Part shown: positions 11,018 through 24,700 of the stretch, piece after piece
How the letters are laid out: every line of letters begins with the position of its first letter
How positions within the stretch are numbered: the first letter of the stretch is position 1
DNA from: the human T2T-CHM13v2.0 reference genome, Homo sapiens
NCBI RefSeq assembly: GCF_009914755.1
Contig: NC_060946.1
DNA: 64,000 nucleotides
Strand: one strand, 5' to 3'
Program-made: the position numbers and the translations under genes
The notes under the pieces: generated by a model
Told to the model about the DNA's origin: nothing
The model's input: only the letters and a program-made list of their open reading frames with translations
Databases searched by the model: none

Positions 11018-12721
11018 ATGAAAGGCAATGTTCAACTCTGTGACTTGAATGCAGACATCACAGAGCAGTTTCTGAGAATGCTGCTGTCTAGATTTTATAG
11101 GAAGATATTCCCGTTTCCAACGAAATCTTCACAGCTATTCAAATATCCACTTGCAGATTCTACAAAAAGAGTGTATCAAAACTGCTCTGTCAAAAGGAAG
11201 GTTCTTCTCTGTTAGGTGAGTGCATACGTCATAAAGGAGTTTCTGAGAATGTTTCTGTCTAGTGGTTATGGGAAGATATTTGCTTTTTCACCGTAGGCCT
11301 CAGAGCGCTCCAAATATCCACTTGCACATACTACAAAAAGAGTGTTTCAAAGCTGCTCTCTCAAAGGGAATGTTCAACTCTATGAGTTGAATGCAAACAT
11401 CACCAAGACGTTTCTGAGAATGCTTCTGTCTAGATTTGATATGAAGATATTCCCGTTTCCAACGAAATCTTCACAGCTATTCAAATATCCACTTGCAGAT
11501 TCTACAAAAAGAGTTTATCAAAACTGCTCTGTCAAAAGGAAGGTTCTTCTCTGTTAGTTGAGTACATACGTCATAAAGGAGTTTCTGAGAATGTTTCTGT
11601 CTAGTGGTTATGGGAAGATATTTTCTTTTTCACCTTAGGCCTCAGAGTGCTCCAAATATCCGCTTGCACATACTACAAAAAGAGTGCTTCAAAGCTGCTC
11701 TCTGAAAGGGAATGTTCAACTCTATGAGTTGAATGCAAACATCACAAAGACGTTTCTGAGAATGCTTCTGTCTAGATTTGATATGAAGATATTCCCGTTT
11801 CCAACGAAATCTTCAAATCTATCCAAATGTCCACTTGCACATTCAACAAAGTGTTTTTCAAAACTGCTGTATCAAAAGAAAGATCCACCTCTGTTAGCTG
11901 AGTTCACACTTCACAAACAAGTTTATCAGAATGCTTCTGTCTAGTTTTTATTTGAAGATATATCCTTTCTCACTATAGACCTGAAAGCTCTCCTAAAGTT
12001 CACTTCCAGATACTACAGAAAGAGTGTTTCAAAACTGCTGTACGAAAGGGAATGTTCAACTCTGTGACTTGAATGCACACATCACAAGGGTGTTTCTGAG
12101 GATGCTGCTGTCTACTTTTTATACGTAATACCGTTTCCAACGAAATCCTCCAAGCTATCCAAATATCCACTTGCAGATTCCACAGAAAGACTGTTTCAAA
12201 ACTGCTCTGTCAATAGAAAGGTTCAACTCTATTAGCTGCGTGCATATATCCCAAAGAAGATTCTGAGATTGCTTCTGTCTAGTTTTTATGGGAAGATATT
12301 TCCCTTTTCACCGTAGGTGTCAAGGCGCTCCAAATGTCCACTTCCAGATACTACAAAAAGAGTGTTTCAAACCTACTCTGTGAAAGGGAATATTCAACTC
12401 TGTGACTTAAAGGCAGATATCACAAAGAAGTTTCTGAGAATGCTTCTGTCGAGATTTTATATGAAGATATTCCCCTTTCCAACGAAATCCTGAAATCTAT
12501 CCAAATATCCCCTCGCAGATTCTACAAAAAGAGTGTTTCAAAACTGCTCTGTAAAAAGAAAGGTTCAACTCTGTTAGTTGAGTACACACATCACAAACAA
12601 GTTTCACAGAATGCTTCTTTCTAGCTTGTAGGGGAAGATATTCCCTTTATCACCATGGGCCTCAAACCGTCCGAAACGTCCACTTCCATATACTACAAAA
12701 AGAGCGTTTCAAACCTGCTCT
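11018..12721 (-). repeat. 10-monomer HOR structural variant (1704 bp = 1362 + 342)
   Basis: Homologous starts at 11018 and 12722. The second-dimer ORF occurs twice (11342 and 11684), and the first is chimeric (…FDMKIFPFPTKSS|QLFKYPL…). Confidence 0.95.
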
Positions 12722-15700
12722 ATGAAAGGCAATGTTCAATTCTGTGACTTGAATGCAGACATCACAGAGCAGTTTCTGAGAATGCTGCTGTCTAGATTTT
12801 GTAGGAAGATATTCGCGTTTCCAGCAAAATCTTCACAGCTATCCAAATATCCACTTGCAGATTCTACAAAAAGAGTGTATCAAAACTGCTCTGTCAAAAG
12901 GAAGGTTCTTCTCTGTTAGGTGAGTGCATACGTCATAAAGGAGTTTCTGAGAATGTTTCTGTCTAGTGGTTATGGGAAGATATTTGCTTTTTCACCGTAG
13001 GCCTCAGAGCGCTCCAAATATCCACTTGCATATACTACAAAAAGAGTGTTTCAAAGCTGCTCTCTGAAACGGAATGTTCAACTCTATGAGTTGAATGCAA
13101 ACATGACAAAGACGTTTCTGAGAATGCTTCTGTCTAGATTTGATATGAAGATATTCCCGTTTCCAACGAAATCTTCAAATCTATCCAAATGTCCACTTGC
13201 AGATTCAACAAAGTGTTTTTCAGAACTGCTCTATCAAAAGAAAGATCCACCTCTGTTATCTGAGTTCACACTTCACAAACAAGTTTATCAGTATGCTTCT
13301 GTCTAGTTTTTATTTGAAGATATAACCTTTCTCACCATAGACCTGAAAGCTCTCCTAAAGTTCACTTCCAGATACTACAGAAAGAGTGTTTCAAAACTGC
13401 TGTACAAAAGGGAATGTTCAACTCTGTGACTTGAATGCACACATCACAAAGAAGTTTCTGAGGATGCTGCTGTCTACTTTTTATACGTAATCCCTTTTCC
13501 AACGAAATCCTCCAAGCTATCCAAATATCCACTTGCAGATACCACAGAAAGACTGTTTCAAAACTGCTCTGTCAATAGAAAGGTTCAACTCTGTTAGCTG
13601 CGTGCATATATCCCAAAGAAGATTCTGAGATTGCTTCTGTCTAGTTTTTATGGGAAGATATTTCCCTTTTCACCGTAGGTGTCAAGGCGCTCCAAATGTC
13701 CACTTCCAGATACTACAAAAAGAGTGTTTCAAACCTACTCTGTGAAAGGGAATATTCAACTCTGTGACTTGAAGGCAGATATCACAAAGAAGTTTCTGAG
13801 AATGCTTCTGTCGAGATTTTATATGAAGATATTCCCGTTTCCAACGAAATCCTGAAATCTATCCAAATATCCCCTCGCAGATTCTACAAAAAGAGTGTTT
13901 CAAAACTGCTCTGTAAAAAGAAAGGTTCAACTCTGTTAGTTGAGTACACACATCACAAACAAGTTTCACAGAATGCTTCTTTCTAGCTTGTAGGGGAAGA
14001 TATTCCCTTTATCACCATGGGCCTCAAACCGTCCGAAACGTCCACTTCCATATACTACACAAAGAGTGTTTCAAACCTGCTCTAGGAAAGGCAATGTTCA
14101 ACTCTGTGACTTGAATGCAGACATCACAGAGCAGTTTCTGAGAATGCTTCTGTCTAGATTTTATAGGAAGATATTCCCGTTTCCAACGAAATCTTCACAG
14201 CTATCCAAATATCCACTTGCAGATTCTACAAAAAGAGTGTATCAAAACTGCTCTGTCAAAAGGAAGGTTCTTCTCTGTTAGTTGAGTACATACGTCATAA
14301 AGGAGTTTCTGAGAATGTTTCTGTCTAGTGGTTATGGGAAGATATTTGCTTTTTCACCTTAGGCCTCAGAGCGCTCCAAATATCCACTTGCACATACTAC
14401 AAAAAGAGTGCTTCAAAGCTGCTCTCTGAAACGGAATGTTCAACTCTATGAGTTGAATGCAAACATCACAAAGACGTTTCTGAGAATGCTTCTGTCTAGA
14501 TTTGATATGAAGATATTCCCGTTTCCAACGAAATCTTCAAATCTATCCAAATGTCCACTTGCAGATTCAACAAAAAGTGTTTTTCAGAACTGCTCTATCA
14601 AAAGAAAGATCCACCTCTGTTAGCTGAGTTCACACATCACAAACAAGTTTATGAGAATGCTTCTGTCTAGTTTTTATTTGAAGATATTTCCTTTCTCACC
14701 ATAGACCTGAAAGCTGTCCTAGTGTTCACTTCCAGATACTACAGAAAGAGTGTTTCAAAACTGCTGTACGAAAGGGAATGTTCAACTCTGTGACTTTAAT
14801 GCAGACATCACAAACAACTTTCTGAGGATGCTGCTGTCTACTTTTTATACGTAATCCCGTTTCCAACGAAATCCTCCAAGCTATCCAAATATACACTTGC
14901 AGATTCCACAGAAAGACTGTTTCAAAACTGCTCTGTCAATAGAAAGGTTCAAATCTGTTAGCTGTATGCATATATCCCAAAGAAGATTCTGAGATTGCTT
15001 CTGTCTAGTTTTTATGGGAAGATATTTCCCTTTTCACCGTAGGCGTCAAGGCGCTCCAAATGTCCACTTCCAGATACTACAAAAAGAGTGTTTCAAACCT
15101 ACTCTGTGAAAGGGAATATTCAACTCTGTGACTTGAATGCAGATATCACAAAGAAGTTTATGAGAATGCTTCTGTCTAGATTTTATATGAAGATATTCCC
15201 GTTTCCAACGAAATCCTGAAATCTATCCAAATATCCCCTCGCAGATTCTACAAAAAGAGTGTTTCAAAACTGCTCTGTAAAAAGAAAGGTTCAACTCTGT
15301 TAGTTGAGTACACACATCACAAACAAGTTTCACAGAATGCTTCTTTCTAGCTTGTAGGGAAAGGTATTCCCTTTATCACCATGGGCCTCAAACTGTCCGA
15401 AACGTCCACTTCCATATACTACAAAAAGAGCGTTTCAAACCTGCTCTATGAAAGGCAATGTTCAACTCTGTGACTTGAATGCAGACATCACAGAGCAGTT
15501 TCTGAGAATGCTTCTGTCTAGATTTTATAGGAAGATATTCCCGTTTCCAACGAAATCTTCACAGCTATCCAAATATCCACTTGCAGATTCTACAAAAAGA
15601 GTGTATGAAAACTGCTCTGTCAAAAGGAAGGTTCTTCTCTGTTAGTTGAGTACATACGTCATAAAGGAGTTTCTGAGAATGTTTCTGTCTAGTGGTTATG

Positions 15701-18700
15701 GGAAGATATTTGCTTTTTCACCTTAGGCCTCAGAGCGATCCAAATATCCACTTGCACATACTACAAAAAGAGTGCTTCAAAGCTGCTCTCTGAAAGGGAA
15801 TGTTCAACTCTATGAGTTGAATGCAAACATCACAAAGACGTTTCTGAGAATGCTTCTGTCTAGATTTGATATGAAGATATTCCCGTTTCCAACGAAATCT
15901 TCAAATCTATCCAAATGTCCACTTGCAGATTCAACAAAAAGTGTTTTTCAGAACTGCTCTATCAAAAGAATGATCCACCTCTGTTAGCTGAGTTCACACA
16001 TCAGAAACAAGTTTATGAGAATGCTTCTGTCTAGTTTTTATTTGAAGATATTTCCTTTCTCACCATAGACCTGAAAGCTGTCCTAATGTTCACTTCCAGA
16101 TACTACAGAAAGAGTGTTTCAAAACTGCTGTACGAAAGGGAATGTTCAACTCTGTGACTTGAATGCACACATCACAAAGAAGTTTCTGAGGATGCTGCTG
16201 TCTACTTTTTATACGTAATCCCTTTTCCAACGAAATTCTCCAAGCTATCCAAATATCCACTTGCAGATTCCACAGAAAGACTGTTTCAAAACTGCTCTTT
16301 CAATAGAACGGTTCAACTCTGTTAGCTGCGTGCATATATCCCAAAGAAGATTCTGAGATTGCTTCTGTCTAGTTTTTATGGGAAGATATTTCCCTTTTCA
16401 CCGTAGGTGTCAAGGCGCTCCAAATGTCCACTTCCAGATACTACAAAAAGAGTGTTTCAAACCTACTCTGTGAAAGGGAATATTCAACGCTGTGACTTGA
16501 AGGCAGATATCACAAAGAAGTTTCTGAGAATGCTTCTGTCGAGATTTTATATGAAGATATTCCCGTTTCCAACGAAATCCTGAAACCTATCCAAATATCC
16601 CCTCGCAGATTCTACAAAAAGAGTGTTTCAAAACTGCTCTGTAAAAAGACAGGTTCAACTCTGTTAGTTGAGTACACACATCACAAACAAGTTTCACAGA
16701 ATGCTTCTTTCTAGCTTGTAGGGGAAGATATTCCCTTTATCACCATGGGCCTCAAACCGTCCGAAACGTCCACTTCCATATACTACACAAAGAGCGTTTC
16801 AAACCTGCTCTAGGAAAGGCAATGTTCAACTCTGTGACTTGAATGCAGACATCACAGAGCAGTTTCTGAGAATGCTTCTGTCTAGATTTTATAGGAAGAT
16901 ATTCCCGTTTCCAACGAAATCTTCACAGCTGTCCAAATATCCACTTGCAGATTCTACAAAAAGAGTGTATCAAAACTGCTCTGTCAAAAGGAAGGTTCTT
17001 CTCTGTTAGTTGAGTACATACGTCATAAAGGAGTTTCTGAGAATGTTTCTGTCTAGTGGTTATGGGAAGATATTTGCTTTTTCACCGTAGGCTTCAGAGC
17101 GCTCCAAATATCCACTTGCACATACTACAAAAAGAGTGTTTCAAAGCTGCTCTCTGAAAGGGAATGTTCAACTCTATGAGTTGAATGCAAACATCACAAA
17201 GACGTTTCTGAGAATGCTTCTGTCTAGATTTGATATGAAGATATTCCCGTTTCCAACGAAATCTTCAAATCTATCCAAATGTCCACTTGCAGATTCAACA
17301 AAGTGTTTTTCAGAACTGCTCTGTCAAAAGAAAGATCCACCTCTGTTAGCTGAGTTCACACTTCACAAACAAGTTTATCAGAATGCTTCTGTCTAGTTTT
17401 TATTTGAAGATATAACCTTTCTCACTATAGACCTGAAAGCTGTCCTAATGTTCACTTCCAGATACTACAGAAAGAGTGTTTCAAAACTGCTGTACGAAAG
17501 GGAATGTTCAACTCGGTGACTTGAATGCACACATCACAAAGAAGTTTCTTAGGATGCTGCAGTCTGCTTTTTATACGAAATCCCGTTTCCAACGAAATCC
17601 TCCAAGCTATCCAAATATCCACTTGCAGATTCCACAGGAAGACTGTTTCAAAACTGCTCTGTCAATAGAAAGGTTCAACTCTGTTAGCTGCGTGCATATA
17701 TCCCAAAGAAGATTCTGAGATTGCTTCTGTCTAGTTTTTATGGGAAGATATTTCCCTTTTCACCGTAGGCGTCAAGGCGCTCCAAATGTCCACTTCCAGA
17801 TACTACAAAAAGAGTGTTTCAAACCTACTCTGTGAAAGGGAATATTCAACTCTGTGACTTGAATGCACATATCACAAAGAAGTTTCTGAGAATGCTTCTG
17901 TCGAGATTTTATATGAAGATATTCCCGTTTCCAACGAAATCCTGAAATCTATCCAAATATCCCCTCGCAGATTCTACAAAAAGAGTGTTTCAAAACTGCT
18001 CTGTAAAAAGAAAGGTTCAACTCTGTTAGTTGAGTACACACATCACAAACAAGTTTCACAGAATGCTTCTTTCTAGCTTGTAGGGGAAGATATTCCCTTT
18101 ATCACCATGGGCCTCAAACCGTCCGAAACGTCCACTTCCATATACTACACAAAGAGCGTTTCAAACCTGCTCTAGGAAAGGCAATGTTCAACTCTGTGAC
18201 TTGAATGCAGACATCACAGAGCAGTTTCTGAGAATGCTTCTGTCTAGATTTTATAGGAAGATATTCCCGTTTCCAACGAAATCTTCACAGCTATCCAAAT
18301 ATCCACTTGCAGATTCTACAAAAAGAGTGTATCAAAACTGCTCTGTCAAAAGGAAAGTTCTTCTCTGTTAGTTGAGTACATACGTCATAAAGGAGTTTCT
18401 GAGAATGTTTCTGTCTTGTGGTTATGGGAAGATATTTGCTTTTTCACCTTAGGCCTCAGAGCGCTCCAAATATCCACTTGCACATACTACAAAAAGAGTG
18501 CTTCCAAGCTGCTCTGTGAAAGGGAATGTTCAACTCTATGAGTTGAATGCAAACATCACAAAGACGTTTCTGAGAATGCTTCTGTCTAGATTTGATATGA
18601 AGATATTCCCGTTTCCAACGAAATCTTCAAATCTATCCAAATGTCCACTTGCAGATTCAACAAATAGTGTTTTTCAGAACTGCTCTATCAAAAGAAAGAT

Positions 18701-21700
18701 CCACCTCTGTTAGCTGAGTTCACACATCACAAACAAGTTTATGAGAATGCTTCTGTCTAGTTTTTATTTGAAGATATTTCCTTTCTCACCATAGACCTGA
18801 AAGCTGTCCTAATGTTCACTTCCAGATACTACAGAAAGAGTGTTTCAAAACTGCTGTACGAAAGGGAATGTTCAACTCTGTGACTTGAATGCACACATCA
18901 CAAAGAAGTTTCTGAGGATGCTGCTGTCTACTTTTTATACGTAATCCCGTTTCCAACGAATTCCTCCAATCTATCCAAATATCCACTTGCAGATTCCACA
19001 GAAAGACTGTTTCAAAACTGCTCTGTCAATAGAAAGGTTCAACTCTGTTAGCTGTGTGCATATATCCCAAAGAAGATTCTGAGATTGCTTCTGTCTAGTT
19101 TTTATGGGAAGATATTTCCCTTTTCACCGTAGGCGTCAAGGCGCTCCAAATGTCCACTTCCAGATACTACAAAAAGAGTGTTTCAAACCTACTCTGTGAA
19201 AGGGAATATTCAACTCTGTGACTTGAATGCAGATATCACAATGAAGTTTCTGAGAATGCTTCTGTCGAGATTTTATATGAAGATATTCCCGTTTCCAACG
19301 AAATCCTGAAATCTATCCAAATATCCCCTCGCAGATTCTACAAAAAGAGTGTTTCAAAACTGCTCTGTAAAAAGAAAGGTTCAACTCTGTTAGTTGAGTA
19401 CACACATCACAAACAAGTTTCACAGAATGCTTATTTCTAGCTTGTAGGGGAAGATATTCCCTTTAACACCATGGGCCTCAAACCGTCCGAAACGTCCCCT
19501 TCAATATACTACAAAAAGAGCGTTTCAAACCTGCTCTATGAAAGACAATGTTCAACTCTGTGACTTGAATGCAGACAACACAGAGCAGTTTCTGAGAATG
19601 CTTCTGTCTAGATTTTATAGGAAGATATTCCCGTTTCCAACGAAATCTTCACAGCTATCCAAATATCCACTTGCAGATTCTACAAAAAGAGAGTATCAAA
19701 ACTGCTCTGTCAAAAGGAAGGTTCTTCTCTGTTAGGTGAGTGCATACGTCATAAAGGAGTTTCTGAGAATGTTTCTGTCTAGTGGTTATGGGAAGATATT
19801 TGCTTTTTCACCGTAGGCCTCAGAGCGCTCCAAATATCCACTTGCACATACTACAAAAAGAGTGTTTCAAAGCTGCTCTCTGAAAGGGAATGTTAAACTT
19901 TATGAGTTGAATGCAAACATCACAAAGACGTTTCTGAGAATGCTTCTGTCTAGATTTGATATGAAGATATTCCCGTTTCCAACGAAATCTTCAAATCTAT
20001 CCAAATGTCCACTTGCAGATTCAACAAAAAGTGTTTTTCAGAACTGCTCTATCAACAGAAAGATCCACCTCTGTTAGCTGAGTTCACACATCACAAACAA
20101 GTTTATGAGAATGCTTCTGTCTAGTTTTTATTTGAAGATATTTCCTTTCTCACCATAGACCTGAAAGCTGTCCTAATGTTCACTCCCAGATACTACAGAA
20201 AGAGTGTTTCAAAACTACTGTACGAAAGGGAATGTTCAACTCTCTGACTTGAATGCACACATCACAAAGAAGTTTCTGAGGATGCTGCTGTCTACTTTTT
20301 ATACGTAATCCCGTTTCCAAAGAAATCCTACAATCTATCCAAATATCCACTTGCAGATTCCACAGAAAGACTGTTTCAAAACTGCTCTGTCAATAGAAAG
20401 GTTCAACTCTGTTAGCTGCGTGCATATATCCCAAAGAAGATTCTGAGATTGCTTCTGTCTAGTTTTTATGGGAAGATATTTCCCTTTTCACCGTAGGCGT
20501 CAAGGCGCTCCAAATGTCCACTTCCAGATACTACAAAAAGAGTGTTTCAAACCTACTCTGTGAAAGGGAATATTCAACTCTGTGACTTGAATGCAGATAT
20601 CACAAAGAAGTTTCTGAGAATGCTTCCGTCGAGATTTTATATGAAGATATTCCCGTTTCCAACGAAATCCTGAAATCTATCCAAATATCCCCTCGCAGAT
20701 TCTACAAAAAGAGTGTTTCAACACTGTTCTGTAAAAAGAAAGGTTCAACTCTGTTAGTTGAGTACACACATCACAAACAAGTTTCACAGAATGCTTCTTT
20801 CTAGCTTGTAGGGGAAGATATTTCCTTTATCACCATGGGCCTCAAACCGTCCGAAACGTCCACTTCCATATACTAAAAAAAGAGTGTTTCAAACCTGCTC
20901 TATGAAAGGCAATGTTCAACTCTGTGACTTGAATGCAGACATCACAGAGCAGTTTCTGAGAATGCTTCTGTCCAGACTTTATAGGAAGATATTCCCGTTT
21001 CCAACGAAATCTTCACAGCTATCCAAATATCCACTTGCAGATAGTACAAAAAGAGTGTATCAAAAATGCTCTGTCAAAAGGAAAGTTCTTCTCTGCTAGT
21101 TGAGTACATACGTCATAAAGAAGTTTCGGAGAATGTTCCTGTCTAGTGGTTATGGGAAGATATTTGCTTTTTCCCCGTAGGCCTCAAAGCGCTCCAAATG
21201 TCCACTTGCACATACTACAAAAAGAGTGCTTCAAAGCTGCTCTCTGAAAGGGAATGTTCAACTCTATGAGTTGAATGCTAACATCACAAAGACGTTTCTG
21301 AGAATGCTTCTGTCTAGATTTGATATGAAGATATTCCCGTTTCCAACGAAATCTTCAAATCTATCCAAATGTCCACTGCAGATTCAACAAAAAGTGTTTT
21401 TCAGAACTGCTCTATCAAAAGAAAGATCCACCTCTGTTAGCTGAGTTCACACATCACAAACAAGTTTATGAGAATGCTTCTGTCTAGTTTTTATTTGAAG
21501 ATATTTCCTTTCTCACCATAGACCTGAAAGCTGTCCTAATGTTCACTTCCAGATACTACAGAAAGAGCGTTTCAAAACTGCTGTACGAAAGGGAATGTTC
21601 AACTCTGTGACTTGAATGCACACATCACAAAGAAGTTTCTGAGGATGCTGCTGTCTACTTTTTATACGTAATCCCGTTTCCAACGAAATCCTCCAATCTA

Positions 21701-24700
21701 TCCAAATATCCACTTGCAGATTCCACAGAAAGACTGTTTCTAAACTGCTCTGTCAATAGAAAGGTTCAACTCTGTTAGCTGCGTGCATATATCCCAAAGA
21801 AGATTCTGAGATTGCTTCTGTCTAGTTTTTATGGGAAGATATTTCCCTTTTCACCGTAGGTGTCAAGGCGCTTCAAATGTCCACTTCCAGATACTACAAA
21901 AAGAGTGTTTCAAACCTATTCTCTGAACGGGAATATTCAACTCTGTGACTTGAATGCAGATATCACAATGAAGTTTCTGAGAATGCTTCTGTCGAGATTT
22001 TATATGAAGATATTCCCGTTTCCAACGAAATCCTGAAATCTATCCAAATATCCCCTCGCAGATTCTACAAAAAGAGTGTTTCAAAACTGCTCTGTAAAAA
22101 GAAAGGTTCAACCCTGTTAGTTGAGTACACACATCACAAACAAGATTCACAGAATGCTTCTTTCTAGCTTGTAGGGGAAGATATTCCCTTTATCACCATG
22201 GGCCTCAAACCGTCCGAAACGTTTACTTCCATATACTACAAAAAGAGCGTTTCAAACCTGCTCTATGAAAGGCAATGTTCAACTCTGTGACTTGAATGCA
22301 GACATCACAGAGCAGTTTCTGAGAATGCTTCTGTCTAGATTTTATAGGAAGATATTTCCGTTTCCAACGAAACCTTCACAGCTATCCAAATATCCACTTG
22401 CAGATTCTACAAAAAGAGTGTATCAAAACTGCTCTGTCAAAAGGAAGGTTCTTCTCTGTTAGGTGAGTGCATACGTCATAAAGGAGTTTCTGAGAATGTT
22501 TCTGTCTAGTGGTTATGGGAAGATATTTGCTTTTTCACCGTAGGCCTCAGAGCGCTCCAAATATCCACTTGCACATACTACAAAAAGAGTGCTTCAAAGC
22601 TGCTCTCTGAAAGGGAATGTTCAACTCTATGAGTTGAATGCAAACATCACAAAGACGTTTCTGAGAATGCTTCTGTCTAGATTTGATATGAAGATATTCC
22701 CGTTTCCAACGAAATCTTCAAATCTATCCAAATGTCCACTTGCAGATTCAACAAAAAGTGTTTTTCAGAACTTCTCTATCAAAAGAAAGATCCACCTCTG
22801 TTAGCTGAGTTCACACACCAGAAACAAGTTTATGAGAATGCTTCTGTCTAGTTTTTATTTGAAGATATTTCCTTTCTCACCATAGACCTGAAAGCTGTCC
22901 TAATGTTCACTTCCAGATACTACAGAAAGAGTGTTTCAAAACTGCTGTACGAAAGGGAATGTTCAACTCTGTGACTTGAATGCACACATCACAAAGAAGT
23001 TTCTGAGGATGCTGCTGTCTACTTTTTATACGTAATCCTGTTTCCAACGAAATCCTCCAAGCTATCCAAATATCCACTTGCAGATTCCACAGAAAGAATG
23101 TTTCAAAACTGCTCTGTCAATAGAAAGGTTCAACTCTGTTAGCTGCGTGCATATATCCCAAAGAAGATTCTGAGATTGCTTCTGTCTAGTTTTTATGGGA
23201 AGATATTTCCCTTTTCACCGTAGGCGTCAAGGCGCTCCAAATGTCCACTTCCAGATACTACAAAAAGAGTGTTTCAAGCCTAATCTGTGAAAGGGAATAT
23301 TCAACTCTGTGACTTGAATGCACATATCACAAAGAAGTTTCTGAGAATGCTTCCTTCGAGATTTTATGTGAAGATATTCCCCTTTCCAACGAAATCCTGA
23401 AATCTATCCAAATATCCCCTCGCAGATTCTACAAAAAGAGTGTTTCAAAACTGCTCTGTAAAAAGAAAGGTTCAACTCTGTTACTTGAGTACACACATCA
23501 CAAACAAGTTTCACAGAATGCTTCTTTCTAGCTTGTAGGGGAAGATATTCCCTTTATCACCATGGGCCTCAAACCGTCCGAAACGTCCACTTCCATATAC
23601 TACAAAAAGAGCGTTTCAAACCTGCTCTAGGAAAGGCAATGTTCAACTCTGTGACTTGAATGCAGACATCACAGAGCAGTTTCTGAGAATGCTGCTGTCT
23701 AGATTTTATAGGAAGATATTCCCGTTTCCAACGAAATCTTCACAGCTATCCAAATATCCACTTGCAGATTCTACAAAAAGAGTGTATCAAAACTGCTCTG
23801 TCAAAAGGAAGGTTCTTCTCTGTTAGGTGAGTGCATACGTCATAAAGGAGTTTCTGAGAATGTTTCTGTCTAGTGGTTATGGGAAGATATTTGCTTTTTC
23901 ACCGTAGGCCTCAGAGCGCTCCAAATGTCCACTTGCACATACTACAAAAAGAGTGCTTCAAACTGCTCTCTGAAAGGGAATGTTCAACTCTATGAGTTGA
24001 ATGCAAACATCACAAAGACGTTTCTGAGAATGCTTCTGTCTAGATTTGATATGAAGATATTCCCGTTTCCAACGAAATCTTCAAATCTATCCAAATGTCC
24101 ACTTGCAGATTCAACAAAATGTGTTTTTCAGAACTGCTCTATCAAAAGAAAGATCCACGTCTGTTAGCTGAGTTCACACATCACAAACAAGTTTATCAGA
24201 ATGCTTCTGTCTAGTTTTTATTTGAAGATATTTCTTTTCTCACCATAGACCTGAAAGCTGTCGTAATGTTTACTTCCAGATACTACAGAAAGAGTGTTTC
24301 AAAACTAATGTACGAAACGGAATGTTCAACTCTGTGACTTGAATGCACACATCACAAAGAAGTTTCTGAGGATGCTGCTGTCTACTTTTTATACGTAATC
24401 CCGTTTCCAACGAAATCCTCCAAGCTATCCAAACATCCACTTGCAGATTCCACAGAAAGACTGTTTCAAAACTGCTCTGTCAATAGAAAGGTTCAACTCT
24501 GTTAGCTGCGTGCATATATCCCAAGAAGATTCTGAGATGGCTTCTGTCTAGTTTTTATGGGAAGATATTTCCCTTTTCACCGTAGGCGTCAAGGCGCTCC
24601 AAATGTCCACTTCCAGATACTACAAAAAGAGTGTTTCAAACCTACTCTGTGAAAGGGAATATTCAACTCTGTGACTTGAATGCACATATCACAAAGAAGT

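Noticed and set aside
18958-18963. Rare EcoRI site (also HindIII at 45992)
   Set aside because: Single point variants; useful only as mapping landmarks, with no functional implication.
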